Source: Catajapyx aquilonaris
Lineage: Eukaryota
NCBI GenBank assembly: GCA_000934665.2
Contig: KZ538907.1
Span: 1-44,014, forward strand
Reading direction: 5' to 3'
Length of the DNA: 44,014 bases
Numbering within the stretch: position 1 is the first letter of the stretch; every line of letters begins with the position of its first letter. Of this stretch, positions 1-12,624 are shown piece by piece. A program made the translations under genes and the position numbers. The notes below the pieces were generated by a model. That model was not told the origin of the DNA. It saw only the letters and a program-made list of their open reading frames with translations, and did no database searches.

Positions 1-749
1 TAAGTAATTCCTGACAGAACCTGGTTTATTAACAGTGTTGTTAGGCCCCGCCGGAGAGACGCCGCCACACCTGACATTTCTCTAGATCTCCAGCAGCACC
101 GGAAGATTACGTCATTTTATAAACTTCCTTTTCCCCATTTTCACGCTAATCCCACAACCCGGGGCCTTCTGAATATTTCAAAAACCCGGATTTGACCTCC
201 CTCGAATAGGTAAATCTCGGTTATGAAGTAGCAAAATATTCATACAAGGAAGTTCCTGCCAGCAAAATCCATCATACAAAGCCCATAATCACTCCCAAGG
301 AAATCCGTACTCTTTTGCCGAAATCGGCTCGTGGCGCCACAAGTACGACACCATTAATATCCAGCAGCTAATCTCACTTAACCCAAAATCACGATAAAAG
401 AGGCAGGTACCAAAGAAGACCTTCCCACAGGAGGGTTTCTCTCCTGAAAAAATTCCGAGGTGGGGGGGTTCATCCTCCGGGTCCTATTAAAACTGGGCGA
501 GGGCGATTTCGGACATGCCGTCTTGGGAGCACCCCAGGATTCCACTGCATCGACCCGGCGCCTTTTCGAATAAGGTCGTCTCCTGCACATTGTCAAGCTA
601 GCCCCCCTGCTCTTCTTCGTTCCCCTTTTCCCCCCTTATAAAACGGACAAAGAAGTCAAAGATGGAGGCCCAAATGTCTGGGAGGAGAATATAACCCAAA
701 ATCCTCCCAGGAAAAAAAAAAAAAAGAGCGCCCCCCATCTTCTAGTAAA

Positions 750-1570
750 GAGGGACCCCCCCATCTTTGTCAAAGGGAAGCGCTTCCAGTCTGAAAGGCG
801 TATGCAAACCCATAAATACTGTATGAAGTGAACTTTGATTTAATACACTGCTTGGAACGCAGTAGTGTTGAGTCCGCGTGAAGGGAGGCGCTTGTTTATT
901 CAACGAAAATTCCAAGAATGTTCTTTCAAAGACGGGCGGGGTTCGCCTATTAATTTTGAGCTGCATTGCCGCAAGGAGAACAGTGTACAGATGAGAAAAG
1001 TTTTTACAAAACCCTCTGGCATATACACCGTTTTCCTCTAACACGTAATATGAAAGATGAAACAAACATATCTGCAAAGCGACAAATTCTGTCAAAGTGA
1101 ATTCTGCCTCTCTCTGGCTGTTATGCTCACTTGACATAAAAAGGGCGTCCAATCGAAAGGGGGGAAAAAAAAGCCAACACGTAGTCTCCATTACATTCTT
1201 TACGATCAAAATAACCTACTCATCTCGTGGCCTGCCACCGGGTGCCCATCTCCTCAGAACCTCCTTTTTATTCTGTTATATTTGACCCGTAAAAGTTTGA
1301 TACTCTTCCCCCCATTTACGGGCGCCTCATTTCAGGTGCTCCAATTACAATTTTTTTTTCTCCGTCTCTCTCTCCCAAGGGTTGAACCTCTAAATCATCC
1401 TTGTTGCCGTGGGGGGGATAACGGGGCGTACTAAAACCTGAGCATTGCGCTTGACTTTAACTCATAAAGACCGCAGATTATACTTAGCAGAATCTGGAGG
1501 CGTAATCCGATTGTGGTCGCCAACGCTCGTTCGGCCAAATGACCGCAATCAAAAGGTCATCCGGTCCAAA
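750..1570 (+). mobile_element. Degenerate non-LTR (LINE) retrotransposon reverse-transcriptase relic
   Basis: Hand translation across frameshifts and stops gives RT motifs in the expected order. These are GTPPSLSKGSASSL..CKP (~752-815), CLERSSVESA*REALV (* in place of the conserved W, ~848-897), an RPI..LSCIA-like segment (~944-972, 22 codons after the W), CSLDIKRA (cf. LDIKxAFD, ~1124-1147), SRGLPPGA..LFCYI (cf. GVPQGS.LSP.LF.IY, ~1223-1282) and a post-RT LWSP..Q.VIR (~1511-1564). No clear YADD motif. Confidence 0.55.
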
Positions 1571-2030
1571 GCGAGCATTCCATCTCTTTTTCTGACCCCC
1601 CCTATAGTTACGATCTGGGGGTGTGTGACGAATGGCTCGTTGTTAAAAGTGTGCAATTTTCCACCAGGAAGTTGTTACACCGTCAATAACTTGAGGCCAA
1701 TTGCTAACATGAAACTTCAGAACAATCCGGGAAAAAAAAAAGCCTGGAGTGCAAGTGGAACCTGGGGTTATTATGCGGACTCTTCCTCTGGCAGCTCTTA
1801 ATGCTTCGAATCACACGCACACCAGCCCGGGAAAATGGACATGTGGCCCGACCATAAAACGCCCCCCACAACTAAAGGAAATTCCTTGCAAAAGCTGGAA
1901 ACTGCGACTCTCAGCCCCACATATGAGAACAAAGCAACAGGGGCTCATATTGGTGCAGTTTATGCTAACATGTGGAACCAAAAACTATGGCCAAATATTG
2001 CATCAGCTCTCTCCTAATAGCCTTATTCTC

Positions 2031-4226
2031 TCCGTCTGATGTTTGTCCGATAGTATCGCTAACTCTCGCACGGTGGCAGGAGTGTGCAGACAGGGTGCGC
2101 CATCTATGCGTGACGAATAATACCAAGTGGTAAATCGGCATTCACCGTCATACTGATCACAGGGTTCTGCCAAATTTTGGCAATGGGTTCACTATAGGCA
2201 CAGTGAACTAATGATTCGCCGCAGCAAGGGTGCGAAATAGACGAATAATTCTTCACCAAGAGGCAATGTATCACCCAGTCCAATAAGCAATAAAGTGTCG
2301 ATAAGGACCGTCTTAGCAGGCCAGCAAAATTTATGAGAAATTGATGTAACTAAAACAATAGGCAGCCTGTTCACTTGCCCACCAAAAAAAGAGAATAAAT
2401 CATTTGCGATAAAAAAATATAGCACCGCTCACTTTTAATCGCACACCAACAAAAATGCGCATAATACGTGATTACGCACTAACACATATCAATATTAATT
2501 CTTCCGCTCATAAAACTCATTAACATACAAATTGTCACGCTCTGTGGCAACACAGAGATAATGGAGGCCAATATGAAGCTTTTTTCCAGAGCCAAATCCC
2601 GCTTAAAACTGTGGCCCCCTCTCCCTCACTTTCGGATTAAGTCCCCCCCCCCCTCTCCAAACCCTGATAATAATGTCAGTTAGAACCCCTCCAGGTTCCA
2701 GGGAGAATCTGGGGGTGTTCCCGCCCCAGGAATGTCTCCTCTAACTACTGCCTGCCATAAAATGGACGGAGTCGACGTGGAAACAAGGGACTTAAATTGC
2801 TCTCATGAAGTCTCCTACTCTGGCTCTTTTCATTGGAAGCGCCACGAGATGAACTCCCGAGAAGTAGCACAATATCCACTGTGGTGGAAGAAAATCCCGA
2901 CATTAATCAAGCTAATTTGTAAACATTAACGAAGAAACTGTAACAACGTGTCTTACATACAGAACACTAAAGGCATATCTGGGTTACTTTTTAAAATGTC
3001 AGATTTTGTGTGTATATACGATGCATAATTTTACCCCCCAGCAACTAGTGTAAGTAACGCTCCAGCTACTGTGAGCAATGTAATGTGTTAAATGCAACCA
3101 CACGAAACATCTCACGAAACACCCGCGGTCCTTTTTGTAACAGACTCTCTCATTTTCTGGCCCATTATTTGTTTTTAATCCAGTTCCCCCCCCCCCCCCT
3201 CGCCTCCTCTCTCTCACTTAGGTACGGCATAAAACGAGCCTTCCAGATTACCGAATCGCAATTAACATAATTACCCTTTACCAACAGCAAAACCTTTTGA
3301 ACATATCTTGTGCACTAACATAATTGGTCTGACACTAACTGTAAAAATAGAGCAGCTCAGATTCTCTGAATTAATTAATTTTTTTTTTTGCAAATAATTG
3401 CACTATAGGCATACTAGTGAATCGGTATGCTAAAATTTGACAAAACATGTAATCAGCATGACAGTGACAATCAAAATACTTGACTAAGTCTATTATAGGA
3501 GACATATTGTGTTAAGGGACAAACCCCGGGCTTATTACTTAATTGGCGCGAATGTTTTGCATCTCTTTTAACCCAAAAAGGTGTCTCCAGAGAGGGGGGA
3601 AACCCATTGGGGGGGAAAAAAATCCCTAAAATGTAATATATTGAACACGCTTCTGGGCAATCCAACCTCCCCCACAAATCCCCGGTGCGAATGAATCACA
3701 GTCTCAGTTTATTTAGCTCAACCAGGGATCCTTTAATATGGGAGGGTGTTCCACAGTGGGCGAATAAATCGCCCCTGGGATGCGACCCCTCCCCTGGTTA
3801 AGCCCCTATTGTGTGTGTGGGAGGAATAAGGCTTACGTCTCCGGGTATTTTTCCAGCTATCTCTTTTCGTCGCTAGTATCAGTAAATGCACTTTTTAAGT
3901 TCCGGTCCTCTTTCCGCCGCAAAGTATATCAGGAGAGGAGAGAGATAGCTTACGTTTTGTCTCGTTGAGATATCTGGAAAGGGGGCTTTAAAGGGGATCT
4001 CTGTTGAGGAATGATGTCCCCCAAAAAAATTATTTAATCACTAGTGAACCTGTTGCCAAAATTTTAAACAGAAAAAACAGTGACTAATGAAACAATTTTA
4101 ATGAGATGGCCCGCCGATTTCCCACTTAATACTATTCATCACGCAGAGATGGCGCACCCTGTCTGCACACTCCTGCCATCATGCGAGAGAAAGCGAAACT
4201 ATCAGGTCGGACAAACATCAGACGGA
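2031..4226. repeat. Pair of ~160-185 bp imperfect inverted repeats (2031-2193 and 4041-4226) bounding 2.2 kb; possible decayed DNA transposon
   Basis: 2031 TCCGTCTGATGTTTGTCCGA..TGGCAGGAGTGTGCAGACAGGGTGCGCCATCT is the reverse complement of ~4147-4226. Similarity continues through AAATTTTGGCAA..GGTTCACTA versus TAGTGAACC..TTGCCAAAATTT at 4042-4064. No target-site duplication (TSD) seen. Confidence 0.8.
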
Positions 4227-5751
4227 TAAATATGAATCCAACTTTTCTGCAACTAAAACCAACAGAAACACTGCAACTTTCATAAATACATTTCTGTGCA
4301 GCTCACTGAGGCAAATCTTTGCACAACAATTATTTTTTTAAAAATATATAGAATAGCATGACCTACATGCAGTTTTGGGGGGTGTGTACAAATCGAGTTC
4401 TTGGCAACTGGGCTTTCTGTATTATGGATCACCCAGCATGTACATAGCCTCCGGTCTTTCCCATCCATTTGCATCATTACTGCTGGATATTATACTGTAC
4501 GTTTTTTTGGGAGTATAGCTTCCAAATGTGATATGCGCAACTTGCAGTGGTTTATTTGCATTCGTTCCTACGAATCGACTTATTTATGCGCATGAGAGGG
4601 GGGGGGGGAGCAGATTGCACAAATATTTGGAAATGTATGGCAGGGCTTGATGTACAAATTTGATACGAAAATCAAAGCACTCAAATCAAAGCAAATAGTG
4701 CATGTTGTACTGTACTACAGTATATATGAAAACTTACCCTGCCATAATTGAATTGACTGTGGCTTTTTTTTTTACAATAAAAATTGTGCAACCTGTTTTC
4801 ATGCCAAAATCCTACCCAGCTCGTACAGTACACTGAACTCATATTATTACTGCATCAACCAACAAGGTTGAACTGACTTCTAAAATAAATTTACTGCATG
4901 CGGTTTACAGTACATACACATGTTCTTGAAATTATTATTTTTTTAAAACTTATGTTTATTTCATAGAACTTTCACACAATTTACCCTAGGGGATGATTAC
5001 ACGTCGCCTTATGCGATTAAAATGAAAACTAGACATGCTGTTCACATGCAACTCTACAGCCGGCCTACAGTATAACCATATCATAAATTATTACTGCAAG
5101 ACTTCCTTAATATTATATCCTGTGCATACAATTTTGAAGAGTGAATATGACAGCGAATTAATTTCCCAGCAGTTTTTACATATAATTTTGGCAAAATGTT
5201 ATCAGAAAAAAATGTAATTCTCATAGAACCCTCCAGTTTCAACTTTAAAATGAAACCATCACAAATTTTAGCCTCTCCCATGGGAATGACTACAGGAGAG
5301 AAAAAAAAAGCTCCCACAGTCACGTCAGCATCCTATCGCGCCTCTGAATATTGAAGTGACATCCGTCGTAAAAACCCAGATTACAACCGAGTTCGGGTGT
5401 GCGTCGAATCGACTTTTTTCTCTCTCTATCTTCTTGATGACTACTGGAGGAAAGAAATCCCCCCAACATATAACCCTCCTCCAAAACCCTTATTATCAAT
5501 ATTCTGACTGCATATCCCCCCCCCCCCCCCNAAAAAAAAAAAACTTGCTCGAAAATTTCCCATGCGATTAACATGTGGAATGCCTTCACGTCAATTATCT
5601 GGATTCAATTTCAGGCAAACAGTAACCGAGATTGCCACGACTGACGTTAATACGGTTAGAAAATGAGATAAATTCGAGGTGGAAGGGGGGTAAGGCCAAA
5701 ATTTTTAATAGATGGCTTCAAAATACGTCTGGACTTTAATTCGACTCTCGA

Positions 5752-5791
5752 CTGGCTAGTAAACTTACTCGAGAGTAGGTTTACTAGCTAG
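5752..5791. repeat. Near-perfect 40-bp palindrome/hairpin
   Basis: CTGGCTAGTAAACTTACTC-GA-GAGTAGGTTTACTAGCTAG. Confidence 0.75.
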
Positions 5792-7279
5792 AAAAACAAG
5801 TCCATGCTATAAATTCACACAAAAAAAGGGGGGATAAATTTTTTTTAAATGTGAGGTCAACCCCATTTCCTTTTTTTTTTTCCACTGGTCGTGAGAGGCC
5901 TCATTTTTTATATATGTAGATTTCAGTACTAATAACTTTTAAGAGCACAGTCAAAAGGAAGCTTACGATCGTATTATGCGCAACAAAAAACTATTCCGCA
6001 GACAGACCTTAGAAGCCTAACACGTTTAAAGAGAAACTGCAACAGGGTGCTGCAAAATTTCACTCGAATAAACCGATTGTGTTTAAAAATATTTTGCATA
6101 TAATTATCATTCGGCAAGAAATTAATTAGCCGTTGTGACCTGCAGCCTATAGTGCACATTTTGGTACATAAAATATTCATAAAATTTTCCTGGCATATAA
6201 TCTCAAGCTGGCTGGCGGTATAACAAAAATTAAATAAACGCCAAATAAACCCTATTTCACCTGGAGCCATTTTTGGTTGCATGATCATACCAACTTCAAA
6301 CAATTTGAATTCAAAAAAAATTTCAACATCTACATATCTCCAGTACTGTACAAATTATAGCACAGGCTCCACACATTTTCGCACACGTATAATTCACCCT
6401 CATTTGCAAATTTCCCCTCCAGTTTGCAGGCGTAAAAATTCAACAAAGCGCTTTTTTTTCACCTCCCTTAAAAAAAAATCCGTGCACAGCACAAGAGTTA
6501 TATAACACCCTTTTTTTCCCTGCCATTTTCTTTTTTTTTTAAAGGGTTCGTGTGTGTCCGGGATTAAATGAATTTTCCCTCTGGCTGGACCGGGCTATTG
6601 GTCGTTCAACTGCGCCTGGCTGAATGTAACGCTGGAATAGCCGGCACCTTTTTCTTTCTCCAGGAGTCCAGGGGGGTAGTAGTAAAATAGACCATCCAAG
6701 AAATGGCAGCCATGTTATGGGAAATCACATAGAAGAAAAAAAAGGGCAAAAAGGAAAAGACTGTAGACCATTCTATTATCCCTGAGGCAGGCGAGATAAA
6801 AGAAAAAATGTCTTCATCAGTTGTTTTTTTTAAGCTGAATTTTCTGGCACACCCTATGCCTAATTCGAGAAGATGAATAGTCAAGATCGAACCTGTCGGA
6901 CATGCTCGTATCGCAAACGTGGGACGCCAATCCCAAATGACCTTTTTACTGCCCATCTAACTTCCCCTACAGCGTGTTGCGAAACTTTTTTTTTTTTTTG
7001 CACTGGACTTAAATCGTCGATATATTTCCCTCTTTTACGGTCTGGCAGACACCTTTATCCTGCCTTTATTTTCAGACAATAATTAGGCGCCAGGTTCACC
7101 ATCAAAGTCAATCAATCAGACACCTAAAGATAATAATCTGTGGATGTAAAGTTATGCTCATACCAATAAAAATTCGCACAAAATGCATTGAATATTTTAT
7201 GCAAAAAAAGAGCGCATAATTGTCTGCAGAGTAAAACATTAAATCCATAATTTTATACTTTAGTGAATTATTTTCATCA

Positions 7280-7457
7280 TACTGCATATTTTTATGCATC
7301 ACAGCGCAAAAATATATACACCTTGAATCAATTTTATGCATTACAATGCATAAATTTACACACCTTCTTGCATTATTTTTATACATTACAATGCATAAAT
7401 TTATACACCTTGCATTATCTTTATGTATTACAATGCATAAATTCATACGCCTTCTTG

Positions 7458-7505
<48 letters not shown>

Positions 7506-7530
7506 GCATTAGTACTGCATAAATTGATGC
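7280..7530. repeat. ~40-bp degenerate tandem repeat followed by a (TAT)n microsatellite
   Basis: Recurrent TTTTATGCATTACAATGCATAAATTTACACACCTT(CTT)GCATTA unit, 4-5 copies; ~15 TAT/ATT units at ~7459-7504. Confidence 0.9.
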
Positions 7531-7872
7531 ATTCCAGGGTGTAATTTTTTTCCATGCCTTCTGCACTACTACTAATTGTCACACTGACTGTGCTTAATTA
7601 GATTTCCGGGCTTGCAGCACCAACTTAAATGAACAACCTGTAGATAAGTGGCTGTCATCAATCTGGGCTGACAGTGTCGTTTAACCCTTACAATTTTTAT
7701 TATCAGCCATTTATTTCCGAAAAATAAATGCTCGATTATTTCTGAGGGGGGGACAGAAACAAGGGCTTGGGAGATTCAGCATAATTAAAGCCCCCGTCTC
7801 ATATTCTCGTAAAATGTGAGACTGTTTTTTTTTTGCAGCTCGAGCGATCCTCTGGTATCCCCCCCCCCCCCC

Positions 7873-7942
7873 NNNNNNNNNNNNNNNNNNNNNNNNNNNN
7901 NNNNNNNNNNNNNNNNNNNNNNNNNNNNNNNNNNNNNNNNNN
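7873..7942. other. Assembly gap (70 N) between a poly-C and a poly-G run
   Basis: Run of N in the sequence. Single N bases also follow poly-C runs at 5531 and 26796. Confidence 0.98.
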
Positions 7943-9199
7943 GGGGGGGGGGGGGGGGGAAGAAGCCCCTTTCAAATTGTCACATCTCCACTTCTTAATA
8001 CACGGGATCCAAAGCCGCACATCGGACCAAATACGTGTGCTAATTCCATCCTCACACGTAACTCCACTTTAAAAAAAATTGTGTTCAGACGAATGAACAT
8101 AAGCACCTTCAACTTGCAAAAAAAAGGTCAAGTACGTGAAATGGCCATTAATGCTAATTATCTCAGTACTGATGCTGCGGACACTTACATCTCTACATAT
8201 GTTGGTGCAATATGGCAACACCGCTCGATATCTTCCCTTGGTGGTAGCGTTGACAGAGCATTAAATTAACCCACGTGCCTTCTAAATTAATGTGGTGGCC
8301 CATCCTATTTCCCACCTCCCCCCCCCCCCAAAAAAAAAAAAGACACGTTTAAGTGTGTAATCTTCATTACAGGAGGTCCCGTAAAAATCCTCCCAAAAAA
8401 CCGACAGCCTTAAATGAAGCTGGGGGTAAATCGCAGGTCTATCCCATAAAACCCACACCCCACACCCAACCCCAAAGATTTGACTTCCTAATTTCTCCAA
8501 ACCCTTCAAACGACACCTCTAAAAATTTCATTACCTTGAGTACAAAAAGAGTCGTTCAGTGACCCGCACTTTTTTTCTCTTTAGGGTTCTGAAAATATAG
8601 CTTCTTTTTTTCTTCTTCTGTGTGTTTGGGGAAGAAGGATTGAAAACAGTTAGTCACTCCCTAGGGAACCAGACCCAGCTGAAAATACCATGGTCCTAAT
8701 AGTCCCCCCCTTTCGCTCTAAAGCTTGACTGAGATTAACTAATCTTCAAGAGCAAACAAGGATTTTTTTAAAAAAAGAGAGCTTCCTTTTGAGGCAGTGT
8801 TTGTACTCCATAAACACCCCCCTGATTAAAAATAACAACCCTCTTAATTACTGGATTACCGCTTTCTTTTGAACTCTGCAACCAGTACCCTTTTCATAAA
8901 AAAAATCCAAGTTGCCTAATTAATTCGGAGGGGGGGGAAGCCTTCTTCATAAAAATTCGATGGACACTCTCCCCACACATGAGCGGACCAGCAATCCACT
9001 GCTGAATTCCAAATGAGCAAATTGGTTCAGCTTACGAAAAAGCTTTTAGATCCGCTCACATATATAAATACGCTGCAATTAAATTTTTAAAAATAAAACC
9101 GGGGGGGAAAAAAAAAGTCTATAAAGTAGATTTATCGAGCCTTTTCCTGGGTTGGTGTAAAAGATATGCCTATTTATATAGACCTACAGGAAAAAGCAA

Positions 9200-9560
9200 T
9201 TTGATGTGTCTCGCCAACGGACAAGGATTTCTACTCACACAATGAAGACCACTGGTTTCGATTCTTCCCAAAATCCTTATGTCAAAAGACGCCGAATAAA
9301 TCCCCAATCCCAATCAATGGGAGGAAAAAAAAAAAAGTGGTCCGAATTAAGTCTCCCCAAATATTTCTTTGCCTAAATTTATCCGGATCCATGAAATTTT
9401 CCAGGCTACAAACTTTCGATTGAGTCTGAACATGCCCTGAATTCCTTAAGGGCTGCTCAAATAAAGTCGGAAGCCCTTGTTGTGTCTTAATTAGAAAGAC
9501 TATATAGACAAAATCCAGAAACCTAGTTTCAATTAACAGATTCTACCAAACACTCTAGAG
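9200..9560 (+). mobile_element. Possible decayed Penelope-like retroelement, region N-terminal to the RT core
   Basis: Frameshifted translation gives V-L-A-N-G-Q-G-F (cf. vLskGL.F), KLSIESEHALNSLR (cf. NLs.eE..AL..Lr) and VV.LN.RKDYIDKIQK...RFYQTL (cf. VvmdrsdY..k...l...Y..l). The ADKG motif is not intact. Confidence 0.4.
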
Positions 9561-10699
9561 AGAGAGACGCTTGCAAATATTCTGTCTGGCAGATTTTATT
9601 AATAATTAAAATGCTTTACACGTGGAACTGTACTGATGTACAGTGTTGCACATATTATTAGCAGTCTAGTGCTTTTTAAATTATTAAAGATGACGTTTGT
9701 AAAATGGCAAAAATCTGATTGTTAAATTTTGTTGCGGTTCAAAATGATGTTCAATCCCTGCTACCTTATCAGGTTCATTAAATTTTAATTAACTTTGTTG
9801 CGGTCTTAATCCGCAGGCTTTGCTGCAAATAGCTGCATTTTTCTTCCCTTTAAAATGTCTTAAGGGTCATTAGTGCAAATATTTTTCTTAGCCCATGGGC
9901 ATGGATTTTGCATGCACCGTTTGCCTTCACTTTTTTCTTTTTTGAACGGCTAAACATGCCCTGAGGCTGATAGACCACAAAGCTATTCGACTATAGAATT
10001 ATCCGGCTGCTGCTGTGGAAAAAAAATAAAATTAGATTCATAACTCTGCTGGATCTGCAATTCCAAACGAGTTATGGCGGCCACATATCTCTGGTGACAA
10101 GGCAGCAGTCGATTGGAATTTTACACGTGGCCTGCTAATGCGGCTAACGAGGATACAGCGTTCCTATAGTACCACACTATAGACTATGGAGGCTAGATAT
10201 TACACCCCATATATTTTGAGGGGGCATATTGGACACACCCTGTTGTAGTACATCCTCTTCTTCCAGGCAGCACGTTATGCCTCTGAGAGGAGCCCTTTGG
10301 AAATTGCAGGCTGCTCCTGGCGTGCTGGTTTTCACCCAATTTCGACTTCTGGGAAATCAGCCCACTTAGGGCCTAGCTCTCTTGGCCCTACGACCCAAAC
10401 TTGGACTCGCCGGTCACGTGTAAACTACCCTAAGTGCGTTAAGGGGACTGCTGGAGAGAAGAAGAGCTGCTCAAAGTCAAAATCCCCTCTAGTCCCCTTC
10501 CCTGGCTCCCCCTCAAAACCGGAAATTCATATGCCCAACTTCTGAGGACATCTTGTGACTTACACACAGACAAAAAAAAGAGAAGATGGTCCCCCAAATT
10601 GGTCTGGAGCAAGGTCCTGAATTTTGACTAGATTTCATACAAGCTGACTTGTTCCTTAAGCTGTTTCTTTCGAAGCTACTTCTAGCAGTGCAAATATTA

Positions 10700-11700
10700 G
10701 AATTTATTCAATTCATTTAATATTAATATTTCATAATTTAATATAATCGAATGGTGTCATATAATTTATTTAATTCAATCGATCATGGACATTTAATTTA
10801 TTTAATTCAATTGATCATGGACATAATTTATTCAATTCAATTATGGTACTGACATAATTTAATTTCATTCAATTGATTATGGTACTGACATAATTTATTT
10901 AATTTACTTATTTGTTTTTTATATTGTTTGAGCCTATTGAGCAATTGAGAGATTACTGACACAATTTAATTCAATTCAATTATGGTACTGACATAATTTA
11001 ATTTCATTCAATTGATTATGGTACTGACATAATTTATTTAATTTACTTATTTGTTTTTTATATTGTTTACTTGTTTCCTTCGATCTAATTATTGATATAA
11101 TGATCATTTTATTTTATACTGTTTGGTTACACAATTTGATCTAATTATTTCATTATTATTCATTTAATTATTTAAATATCCAATTAATTCAATTCAATTA
11201 TTATTTAATGTTATTAATTTTGATCCAATTAATTCAATCCGATTATTTAAATGTCCAATGAGTTCAATTTAATTATTTATTTAATATTATTAATTCTGAT
11301 CAAATTATCTCATTATTATTTATTTAATTCGCTATTAGTTATTGATTAAATTCGCTATTGATTAAATTCGCTATTAGTTATTGATTTAATTCGCTATTAG
11401 TTATTTAATTCGCTATTAATTATTTAATTCGCTATTAGTTATTTAATTCGCTATTAGTTATTTATTTCATACTTTATATTGTTTCATTTACTTTATCTGC
11501 ATAGGTAATTATTTTTAATTTAGGTTATTAATATATTACTAATACTGAATAACTTCACATATCATTTATTACAAATAATTTATTTAATTAATCAGCCCAC
11601 ATATCACGAAATATTGCCCAGTTATTGTCCGTTACTAATTATGAATTTTATAGTATTTTATTTACTTTGATTTTATTATCTTGAATTATTATTAATAAGC
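10700..11700. repeat. AT-rich tandem-repeat block
   Basis: ~100-bp direct duplication (10830-10929 and 10969-11068) built from ATTATGGTACTGACATAATTTA units; (TTAATTCGCTATTAGTTAT)-like units at ~11324-11465. Confidence 0.9.
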
Positions 11701-12624
11701 ATATTTAATAACTTAATATTGTATTTATTATATTTAATTTGTTTAATTAATCGGACCAGAAATTGCAAAATATAGTCCGGCTAATGACTCGAAGCCAATA
11801 AAACCAATTTTCGCACTTCCTTACATATGATAGGTGCCGGCTCGACTAAATATTTGCTGCTAATTTTAATAATCTGGGCTTCAAAATTAACAAGGTTTTT
11901 GTCGAAAAGAAGCGGGCCACCGCGGACAATTTAATTGTAGCCCGCTCTGTATGTGCTAACCGAATCTTCCTCCCCCTGTAATTAAATTGTGATGCTACAT
12001 TAACCTAAACATCCTAATTGGGGGCTTAACCATTTAACATTTTACGCAGGTGTCCCCCCCCCAAAAAATCAGATTTTTTGGGGGGCGGCAGACAGAAACA
12101 CAAATTGTTGACCATTGTCTAATCAGAATTAATGCCATTCCCATAGTTTAATTAGCGAGTCGCTTTTGTGTTCCCCAGGGGTGCGACTAATCCTCCGAAA
12201 GTGACAACAGTGTCGTCATCGCCAGTGACTAAGTGAGCTGGAAATGGGTAGCTAATTACAACACTGCTCCTGTGTTAATCATCTTGAGTCTGAATATTTG
12301 CTTCCAGAAGATGACGATGGGGCTAATTACACAGGGGGTCTCACCTCCCCTTGTTGTCCGCGTCCATTGAATTGGGGGGGGTGAAATCCCCACGACAAAA
12401 GGGCTCCATAATTCAGCCTCTTTAAGCAGCCTAATTTCCATGGCGACAAGTGCACTCGTGTCAAGTGCATTGTTTGATATAGAGGTCCAATCAATTTCGG
12501 ATCCGACAATGTGATTCCCGGATGAATAAAAAAGGATAGTGTAAATCCCCATTCGATGCGGCATTGTTGGAACATAACGAGTTGTTTTCAGTGGAAGATG
12601 TAATAAATCGAGAGCGAGATTTAC

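Noticed and set aside
487..530. LKLGEGDFGHAVLG on the + strand, resembling a kinase glycine-rich loop
   Set aside because: Flanked by stops, with no VAVK/HRD/DFG motifs or exon structure nearby; likely chance.
742..1209. 155-aa minus-strand ORF
   Set aside because: No recognisable domain or midasin similarity; antisense to the LINE RT relic.
7108..7566. Poly-Asn / poly-Tyr ORFs
   Set aside because: Products of the (TAT)n microsatellite and tandem repeat.
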